Assembly: GCF_009834535.1 (NCBI RefSeq)
Contig: NC_045696.1
Coordinates: 72,604,001 to 72,668,000 of the forward strand
Direction of reading: 5' to 3'
Length of the DNA: 64,000 nucleotides
From: Camelus ferus
Lineage: Eukaryota
Each line of letters begins with the position of its first letter. Position 1 is the first letter of the stretch. Below the pieces are notes generated by a model that did not search any database, was not told where the DNA came from, and saw only the letters and a program-made list of their open reading frames with translations. Below are positions 23,149 through 32,385 of this stretch, piece by piece. A program made the translations under genes and the position numbers.

Positions 23149-26100
23149 CCTTCTGGGTATATGCCCAGGAGCGGGATTCCTGGGTCATATGGTAAGTCTA
23201 TTCCTAGTCTTTTGAGGACTCTCCATACGGTTTTCCACAGTGGCTGCACCAAACTGCATTCCCACCAGCAGTGTAGGAGGGTTCCCCTTTCTCCACAGCC
23301 TCTCCAGCATTTGTCATTTGTGGACTTTTGAATGATGACCATTCTGACTGGTGTGAGGTGATACCTCATTGTAGTTTTGATTTGCATTTCTCTGATAATT
23401 AGTGATATTGAGCATTTTTTCATGTGCCTATTGATCATTTATATATCTTCCTTGGAGAATTGCTTGTTTAGATCTTCTGCCCATTTTTGGATTGGGTTGT
23501 TTATTTTTTCTTATTAAGTCGTATGAGCTGCTTATATATTCTGGAGATCAAGCCTTTGTCAGTTTCATTTGCAAAAATTTTTTCCCATTCTGTAGGTTGT
23601 CTTTTTGTTTTGCTTATGGTTTCCTTTGCTGTGCAGAAGCTTGTAAGTCTCATTAGGTCCCATTTGTTTATTCTTGCTTTTATTTCTATTCCTTGAGTAG
23701 ACTGTTCTAGGGGAACATTTTTGAGATATATGCCAGATAATGTTTTGCCTATATTTTCCTCTAGGAGGTTTATTGTATCTTGTCTTATGTTGAAGTCTTT
23801 GATCCATCTTGAGTTGATTTTTGTGTATGGTGGAAGGGAGTGTTCTAGCTTCATTGTTTTACATGCTGCTGTCCAGTTTCCCCAACACCATTTGCTGAAG
23901 AGACTGTCTTTCTTCCATTGTATATTCTTGCCTCCTTTGTCAAAGATGAGTTGGCCAAAAGTTTGTGGGTTCCTTTCTGGGCTCTCTATTCTGTTCCATT
24001 GGTCTATATGTCTGTTTTTGTACCAATACCATGCTGTCTTGATGACTGTAGCTCTATAGTATTGTCTGAAGTCTGGGAGAGTTATTCCTCCAGCCTCTTT
24101 CTTTCTCTTCAGTAATGCATTGGCAATTCTAGGTCTTTGATGGTTCCATCAAAATTTTATTATGATGTGTTCTAGTTCTGTGAAATATGTCCTGGGTAAT
24201 TTGATAGGGATTGCATTAAATCTGCAGATTGCCTTGGGCAGTGTGACCATTTTAACAATATTGATTCTTGCAATCCAAGAGCATGGGATATCTTTCCATT
24301 TTTTAAAGTCTTCTTTAATTTCCTTCATCAATGGTTTATAGTTTTCTGTGTATAATTCTTTCACCTCCTTGGTTAGATTTATTCCCAGATATTTTATTAC
24401 TTTGGGTGCTATTTTAAAGGGGATTGTTTCTTTACTTTCTTTTTCTGTTGATTCTTCGCTAGTGTAGAGAAATGCAACTGATTTTTGAACGTTAATCTTG
24501 TAACCTGCTACCTTGCTGAATTCTTCAATCAGCTCTAGTAGTTTTTGTGTGGACCTTTTAGGTCCACATGTGGTTTTTGTCCTTTCTCTTGTTGATGTGA
24601 TGTATTACATTGATTGATTTGCATATGTCGAACCACCCTTGTGTCCCTGAGATGAACCCCACTTGGTCATGATGTATGAACTTTTTTATGTGTTGTTGGA
24701 TTCTATTTGCTAATATTTTGGTGAGGATTTTAGGGTTTTCTATATATAGTAACATGTCATCAGCATATAGTGACACTTTTACCTCTTCTTTTCCAATTTG
24801 GATCCCTTTTATTTCTCTCTCTTGCCTGATTGCTGTGGCTAGGACTTCCAAGACTATGTTGAATAGGAGTGGTGATAGTGGGCATCCTTGTCTTGTCCCA
24901 GATTTTAGTGGGAAGCTTTTGAGTTTTTCACCATTGAGTACTATGCTGGCTGTAGGTTTGTCATATATAGCTTTTATGATGTTGAGATATGTTCCCTCTA
25001 TACCCACTTTTATTATAAATGGGTGTTGAATTTTATCAAATGCTTTTTCTGCATCGATTGAGATGATCATGTGGTTTTTGTCCTTTCTCTTGTTGATGTG
25101 ATGTATTACATTGATTGATTTGCATATGTCGAACCACCCTTGTGTCCCTGAGATGAACCCCACTTGGTCATGATGTATGAACTTTTTTATGTGTTGTTGG
25201 ATTCTATTTGCTAATATTTTGGTGAGGATTTTGGTGTCTATGTTCACCAGTGATATTGGCCTATAATTCTCTTTGTTTGTAGTGTCTTTGCCTGGTTTTG
25301 GTATCAGGGTGATGGTGGCTTCATGAATGAGTTTGGGAGTATTCCCTCCTTTTCAATCTTCTGGAAGAGTTTGAGAAGGACTGGTATGAGTTCTTCTTTG
25401 TATGTTTGGTAGAATTCCCCAGTGAAGCCGTCCAGTCCTGGACTTTTATTTGTAGGGAGGATTTTATTGCTATTTCAATTTCATTTCCAGTGATCGGTTT
25501 GTTCAAGTGGTCAGTTTCTTCTTGATTCAGTCTTGGTGGACAGTATGTTTCCAGAAACTTGTCCATCTCCTCTAGGTTATCCAGTTTGGTTCCATATAGT
25601 TTTTCATAATATTCTCGTATGATATTCTGTATTTCTATTTTATTTGTTGTAATTTCTCCATTTTCCTTTCTTATTTTGCTAATTTGTGCTCTCTCTTTTT
25701 TCTTCTTTGTGAGTTTGGCCAGAGGTTTGTTGATATTATTTACTTTTTTAAAAAACCAACTTTGGTTTGATTGATTTTTTCTATGGCTTTTTAAATCTCT
25801 ATTTTACTTATTTCCTCCCTGATCTTTATAATTTCCTTCCTTCTGCTGCCTTTTGGGGTTTTTTGTTCTTCTTTTTCTAGTTCTCTCAGCTGGTGGGTTA
25901 GATTGTTTATTTGAGATTGTTCTTCTTTTTGAGGAAGGCCTGTATCACTATAAACTTCCCTCTTAGCACTGCCTTTGCTGTGTCGCATAAATTTTGTGTG
26001 GTTGTGCTTTCATTTTCATTTGCCTCAAGGTATTTTTTAATTTCAGCTTTGATTTCCTCATTGACCCATTGGTTTTTTAATAGCATATTGTTTAATCTCC

Positions 26101-26842
26101 ATGCTTTCCTTTTTTTCTCCTTTGTTTCTCTGTTGTTGATTTCTAGTTTCATGGCATTGTGGTCATTAAAGATGCTTGAGATAATTTCTATCTTCTTAAA
26201 ATTGTTGAGGTTTCTTTTGTGCCCAAGTACATGATAAATCCTGGAAAATGTTCCATGTGCACTTGAAAAGAATGTATATCCTATTTTTGGAGGGTGTAAT
26301 GCTCTGAAAATATCCACCAAATCTAATTTTTCTATTGTATTATTTAATTTCTCTGTTGCCTTATTTATTTTCTGTCTGGAAGATCTGTCTAATGATGTTA
26401 ATGTGGTGTTAAAATCTCCAACTATGATTGTATTCCCATCAATATCCCCTTTATCTCTGTTAGTAATTGTTTTATGTACTTAGCTGCTCCTATATTGGGT
26501 GCATATATATCAATGAGTGTAATATCCTCATCTTGTATCACTCCTTTAATCATTATAAAATATCCTTCTTTATCTTTCTTTATGGCCTTTGTTTTAAAGT
26601 CTGTTTTGTCTGAAATCAGTACTGCAACACCTGCTTTTTTGGCTTTTCCATTTGCATGGAGTATCCTTTTCCATCCTTTCACTCTTAATCTATGTGTCCT
26701 TCTCCCTAAAGTGGGTCTCTTGTATGCAGCATATTGAAGGTTCTTGCTTTATTATCCAGTCTGCCACTCTATGTCTTTCGACTGGAGCATTTAGTCCATT
26801 AACATTTACAGTAATTAATGACAGATGTGTGTTTATTGCCAT
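23149..26842 (-). pseudogene. L1 ORF2 (endonuclease/reverse transcriptase), disrupted
   Basis: ATG at 26842 (MAINTHLSLITVNVNGLNAP...CCIQETH). EN motifs YAPN and YTFFSSAHGTFSRI...DHN; RT motifs [13 protein letters not shown] and YADD. It carries multiple frameshifts and stops, a 172-bp insertion at ~24560 and no C-terminus. Confidence 0.95.
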
Positions 26843-27215
26843 TTTGAACTTATCTTTGCAGTTTATTTGGTGTTTCCTCTTTGTTCCTTCCTTCTTCCTT
26901 TTGTGGTTTGGTAATTTTCTTTTGTATTATCATGGATTTTATTTAGTTTTTGTGACTCCCTTTTAAGTTTCTGGCTTGTGGTTACCCTTTTCTGTAAGTC
27001 TATTAGCCCATTACTGTATCTCAAACCCATCCTACTGAAAACAAAAAATTAAACAAAGAAAAAAAATACTCTATATTTTCTTGCTTCCCTCTCCCACTCT
27101 TAATGATTTAGATGTCTTCTTTTACAATTTCGTGTTTATTTTATTTGTAATTCATGAATTATCACCTTACCAGTTATGAGTTTCTCATTTCTGTAGCATC
27201 CTGCTGCTTTTCTAT

Positions 27216-28123
27216 TTAGAGTAGACCTTTCAATATTTCTTTTAGCATGGGTTTAGTGTTGCTAAACTCTTTTAGTTTTTGCTTGTCTGTGAAATTCTTT
27301 ATCTCTCCTTCTATCCTAAAGGATAGCCTTGCTGGATAAAGTATCCTGGATAAAGGCTGCATCTTTTTTTCATTCAGGACTTTGAATATATCTTGCCACT
27401 CCCTTCTGGCCTGTAGTGTTTGTGTAGAGAAATCAGCTGAGAGCCTTATGGGGGTTCCCTTGTAACTTACTGTTTGCTTTTCTCTTGCTGCCTTTAGAAT
27501 CATTTCTTTATCTTTGACTCTGGCCATCTTTATTATAATATGTCTTGGTGTGGGTCTGTTTGGGTTCTTCCTGTTTGGGACCCTTTGAACTTCCTGTACT
27601 TGGATATCTATTCCTTCTTTAAGTTTGGGAAGTTTTCAGTCATGATTACTTCAAAAACCTTTTCAATCCCCTTTGATCTTTCTTCCCCTTCTGGGATCCC
27701 TATTATGTGAAGATTGGCACACTTTATATTATCCCACAGGTCCCTTATGTTGCTTTCATTTGTTTTTATTTGTTTATCTTGCAGTTGTTCTGATTGGGTG
27801 CTTTCTGTTGTCCTGTCTTCTAGGTCACTAATTCGTTCCTCTGCATGATCTAGTCTGCTTTGCACAGCCTTTAGATCCATTTTCATCTCAGCCAATGAGT
27901 TTACCAATTCTACTTGGCTCTTCTTTATAGCTTCAATTTCACTTTTGACATACTTTATATCTCTAAACACTATCTCTTTAAGTTCCTTCAATACTTTGAT
28001 CACTCCTTTTTTGAAATCTTGATCTAGTAGGCTATCAATGTCTATTTCATTGATTGTTCTTTCAGGGGATTTCTCTTGTTCTTTTAATTGGGAATGGTTT
28101 CTCTGCTTCTTCATCTTATTCAT
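27216..28123 (-). pseudogene. L1 ORF1 (RNA-binding/chaperone protein) with one frameshift
   Basis: Coiled-coil N-terminus (…RLDHAEERISDLED…LWDNIKCANLHIIGIPEGEE), a -1 frameshift at ~27610, then the RRM/CTD part (…AREK…YKGTPIRLSADFS…ARREWQDIF…LYPARLSF…LKEILKGLL*). Confidence 0.95.
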
Positions 28124-28243
28124 ATCTCTCTGGCACTGTGGCTTATGGAGTATCAGTTATCCCTTGTGGTCCTTAAAGGAGTTTATTTATTTATCTATCT
28201 AATGCCTATGTAGGAATAAAACTTAAAAAATAAAAAAAAGGAC

Positions 28244-28923
28244 AGAGAAAGAATTTTAAAAGAAGGGAGAAAAAAGAGGTTTGAAAACAGTGTATAATAA
28301 ATTATAGAAGCGCAATTTGAATCAGACAAGCATTCGAGTTGAGACGTCTTTTTTAAAAAACCCTTAAAAAAGGAAAAAAGATCAAAAATTGATATTTGAA
28401 ACCTATTTATAATTAATAACAGAAGATCAAAACCAAAAGAAATGAAAATGAAATCAGGTGGATTTAAAAAAAATAGTAATAATACAACTAAAAGAAAAAT
28501 TTAAAAAGGAATTAAAACTAGAAGCATATACAATTGTTTAGAAAGTAGAAATTAAAAAGGTAATAGAAAATAGAACAGATAAAAAAGATAAAGAGAGAAT
28601 TTTAAGAGAAGGGAGAAAAAAAGGATTGAAAACAGTGTATAATGAATAATTGAAGAGCAAGTTGAAGCAGAATAGCAGTCGGATTGAGACGTCTCTTAAA
28701 AACCTTTAAAAAAGGAGAAAAGAGGAAAAAAGTATATTTGAAACTTGTGTATAATCAATAACAGATCAAAACCAAGAGAGATAAAAATGACATGACGTGC
28801 ATTTTTTAAAATAATAATAGTATTTTAAAAGAAAAATTTTAAAGGGATTAAAACTGGGAGGACATATAATTGCTTAAAAAGTAAAAAAGGTAATAGAGAA
28901 TACAACAGGTAAACAGATTTAAA
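28244..28923. repeat. Two diverged ~340-bp tandem AT-rich units in the L1 5'UTR
   Basis: Unit 1 (~28244-28591) and unit 2 (~28592-28923) share the ordered motifs GAATTTTAA.AGAAGGGAGAAAAAA, TTGAAAACAGTGTATAAT, TTGAGACGTCT, TATTTGAAAC, AGATCAAAACCAA and AAAAAGGTAATAGA.AATA.AACAG.TAAA. Confidence 0.85.
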
Positions 28924-28959
28924 TAAAGGGGGGAGGGGGTGTTCTCCTGGAGAAGTCTT

Positions 28960-30122
28960 TGTCTTCGCTCTGTTTCGGGAACTCAGCTTGCTGTTTCCAG
29001 AGGCCCTCCGTTGGCGCCCTCGTCTGTGCTGCTCCCAGTGCCTGTTGGCAAGCAGATCGCGCCCCCTCCCAGCACAGCGTTCCTGCCGGAAAGGCGGGGG
29101 GCCACCCGCCATCTCCTGGCGCTGGTCGCTCGGTGGCTCCATGCGGCTGTGCGCTCCGCCTCGGCGCAGGGGGCCAGCCGCCGTCTCCTGGCGCAGGTCA
29201 CTCCACAGCTCCGCGCTGCCACGCGCTCCGCCCGGGGTCGGCGCTCCGCAGGCATCCCAGGGAAGACGGTGGAACAACCCCACCCCTGCTCCGTGTCCAA
29301 ACTCAGCTCCTTGTTTGTCCTGGAGGCGCGAACTTCGCGAGGCACCAGGGTGGAAGGATCCTATCTGACTCGGGCTGCAAACAAGTCACTGTCTGGCCTT
29401 TGAGGCTGCCCAGCTGCCAGGCTCGGATTCAGGTTTCGCCCCCGCCCCCGCCTGGGTGCCAAGCGCCAGAGGATATGGTGGCTGCGCCTGAGCCCCGCCT
29501 CTCCTCGCCGAAAGCCTTGCCTGGGTTTTCAGAGATGGGGGTATGCACCCTTCCCCCCAGGGCACATCAGCCGTGGTGTTTCATGGAGGGCCCCGGTTGT
29601 TCTGCCCTGCGCACCCACTCATCCACGTTGCGCAAACCCCTGCAGTCCCCCGGGGCTGCCTCAGCACAGCTGTCCCCGTCTTCCGCCCAGCTCGAGCAGC
29701 CTGTCCCGGCCCCCAGCTCCCGGCTCGGGTCTCGGGCTGGGTGTCGCAGGGACCCTCTGTGCCCTTTAACTTAGTTCTGTTGGTCAAGGGCTACTCTGTA
29801 CAGATCCGAGCCTCGGAGGCTCCCCCTCCGTACCGCTGGCCTCTCAGTTGGAGAGGGCGAGACCCAGCGAATGAGCGCCAGTCCTCCTTTGCTGCTCCCT
29901 CCCCGTGGGACCGGTCCCACACTGTTTTGCCTTTTTGTCTTTCTTTTTTTCCTTTCTCCTACAAGATTTTTGGCATCTTTGTCTTTTGAAGAAGACAATG
30001 TTCTGTGGGAGTTCCGCAGGTGCTCTGGGTGGCTGAGTGGGTCCATGGATGTGAGTCTTGGTGTATCTGTGGGAGAGGGTGAGCTACGAGCGTCCTACTA
30101 CTCCGCCATCTTGGCCTCGTCC
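28960..30122 (-). promoter_or_regulatory. L1 internal promoter: CpG island with a 5'-terminal YY1 site
   Basis: The only CpG-dense stretch in the window. The YY1 motif AAGATGGCGG (plus strand CCGCCATCTT, 30103-30112) lies about 11 nt from the element start, as in mammalian L1 5'UTRs. Confidence 0.85.
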
Positions 30123-31279
30123 AAGTTCCCCCAATCCTAATGGATCTTTAGTTCAGAGACATCCAACAGACCTATTCAGTTTGAGTTGTTAAATATTAAT
30201 ATTTATATGATCTTGGAGATCATTTTCTCCAAACTCCTGACTGAGCCTATGAGGAAACTGAGGCCCAGAAGTGGTAAATGGCTCGCCCAAGGTCACACAC
30301 CAGCTAATAAAAATGTTACGTAGTCATTCATATCCTTTGAATTCTGGCTTCATCCTTTTTACTACATATTCTCTTCCATACCCTGCCATCCGGAGACTTC
30401 CGCACAAGGTCTAAGCACTAACAAATGTTTACTTTAAACCATGCTCTTCCTCCATATCCCTATTGTTTTAATTACTAGTAAGTGCCTTTCTTCGACAAAC
30501 ATTAGGAAGGCACTATATGGAAAAAAGTCCTACTGTCTTTGACCATGCAGCGCTCTGAATTTAAAATTTAAAATAGCAGAAAGCAGTGAAACAGTGATGA
30601 TTCATTTGAGGTAGAGAGGGCACACCAGCTGATGAGGACAGCAGAAGCCTGACCTGTATTAATACCACTGTGAGGGGAGCAAGAGGACTTCCTTTGTGAA
30701 TGGGGAAGAAAGAAGTTGTGATCTGTTTGTGCAAAACTTCAAATCACTTAACCAGACAAAACAGAGTTTAACTTAGCCGACCAGAATGCTATGAATCACT
30801 GGGGTGGTGGAAGGTGAAACTCCATTTGATACTCATAATTAGAAAATTGTGAACAGAAATTGCTCATGTAAAATAAACTTTCTGTTGAGTTGCAACATGT
30901 TGGAGAGACAGATGGAGATGACTTGAAAATTCTCAATGGTTGAAATTCCTGCAGCTTTTGCAAGGGGCTGTAAGAATTGAAATCTAAATTTATCATCCTG
31001 TCTCTGCTTCATGACTTACTGTAGCCCACTGGGTAATGATCTAGTCTGAGGAACTGCCAGTTGGGTTGATAATATTTTAAATTGCACATTTGTTAAATGC
31101 AAACTTACTTAAAGATGTTATTGCAGCCCCACTGGCCCTCTGTTTTGCTATCCACTGAGTTCAACGTGGAGGACTATAATAAAGAAATAAAAAGACCTAT
31201 TTTTTATGAATTAAAACAAGATGGAAATAAGAAATTAAGTTACTATCACTCATCAAAAATAATTTTTGTCCTTTTATTA

Positions 31280-31882
31280 GGAAAAATTTTAAACATAATA
31301 AAATAATAATCACATAATATACATCCACTTAGCCATCATTTAGATCTAATAATTTTTAACATTTGCTATATTTGCTTCATACATTTTGTTTCTTTTGAAG
31401 TCTTTGAAATTACAGGCATAATGCCATTTCACTTCTAAACAATTTAATATGCATTAATAAAAATATGAATATTTTTGGTATAACCACAATACCAGTATTG
31501 CCTCTAATATAATTAACAAATATTTCCTAATATTGCCTAAAACCCAATTCATACTTAATTTACTCAACATATATTTTATAGCTGGATTTGTTTAAAACTA
31601 GGATCCAATTAAGGGCACAAATTACATTTAGCTGTTATGACTCCTAAGTTTCTTATAATCCAAACCAATACCACCTGTCCATTCTCCCCACCAACATACA
31701 TCTTTTTTATGTAACAGTGACTTTTTTACATGACTGCAGGCTAGTTGTTCAGTAGAATGTCATATTGTTTTCTGGTGATGGTTTGACTTTTTCTCCTATT
31801 CCCTGTGTTTCCTATAAACTAGAAATTTTGCCTATAGGTCTGGTTAAACTCAAGTGAAACATTTTTGGCAAGAATATCCCAT
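31280..31882. mobile_element. Old L1M (L1MC/L1ME-like) 3' region fragment
   Basis: ATAACCACAATACCA...CTAGGATCCAATTAAGG..CA...TACATTTAGCTGTTATGACTC...ACATTTTTGGCAAGAATA resembles old L1M 3'UTRs. Confidence 0.55.
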
Positions 31883-31899
31883 AGTAACCTAACATTTTC

Positions 31900-32385
31900 A
31901 CACCTACAGATACACCTAAGAAAAATGAGAGCACATGGCCACACACAAAAAAAGCCTCGCTACAGGAATGTTCATAATAGCTTTATTTACAATCACTCCA
32001 AATTGGAAACAACCTAAATATCCGCCAACAGGAGAATGAATAAACCAAATGCAAAATATTCATACAATGGAGTACTACTTAGCATTTAACAGGAATTAAC
32101 CAGTGACACATACATCAGTATGGATACATCTTAAAAGCATTGTACTGAGTGAAAGAAACCATTCACAAAAGTGTCCATATTCTATAGTCCCCTTTATTTG
32201 AAGTTCAAGAACCTGCAAAATTAATCTATGATGTTAGAAATCAAAACAGTGGCTGACTTTGGCTTCAGGGAATACTGATTGACTATAAAGGGGCAGGAGG
32301 GAATTTTCTGGGATGATGCAGAAGTTCTATATCTTGATTTAGGGACAGTAACATGGGTGCGCAGATTTTTCAAAACTCACTGTAT
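31900..32385 (+). mobile_element. Old L1M (L1ME-like) ORF2 end/3'UTR fragment
   Basis: GAATGTTCATAATAGCTTTATTTACAAT..CCAAATTGGAAACAACCTAAATATCC...ATTCATACAATGGAGTACTACTTAGCA...CTGAGTGAAAGAA...GTTAGAAATCA. Confidence 0.8.

Larger units (their letters stand above)
23141..30122 (-). mobile_element. Young LINE-1 with complete 5' end and missing 3' end (copy B)
   Basis: Perfect 14-bp TSD AAGTTCCCCCAATC at 23127-23140 and 30123-30136. The minus strand begins GGACGAGGCCAAGATGGCGG, then a CpG-rich 5'UTR, ORF1, a ~370-bp inter-ORF spacer and ORF2 with EN and RT motifs. It ends at ...GIYPEG followed directly by A8. Confidence 0.98.

Noticed and set aside
14300..26966. Plus-strand hydrophobic ORFs inside the L1s (e.g. 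14534-14872, 23721-24059, 24676-25029, 25911-26234)
   Set aside because: They are antisense shadows of A-rich L1 ORF2, a well-known artefact, and not genes.
26843..27215. ~370-bp inter-ORF spacer, much longer than in human L1
   Set aside because: Long spacers are common in non-primate and older mammalian L1 families, so this is not unusual by itself.
13359..30140. Apparent non-canonical shared target motif (TSDs of both L1s and the SINE read GAT next to the A-tail)
   Set aside because: The inferred empty sites read TT|AGGA, TC|AGAA and TC|AAGA on the element strand, which fits the ordinary degenerate L1 endonuclease preference (TT|AAAA-like). Three cases are too few to support more.
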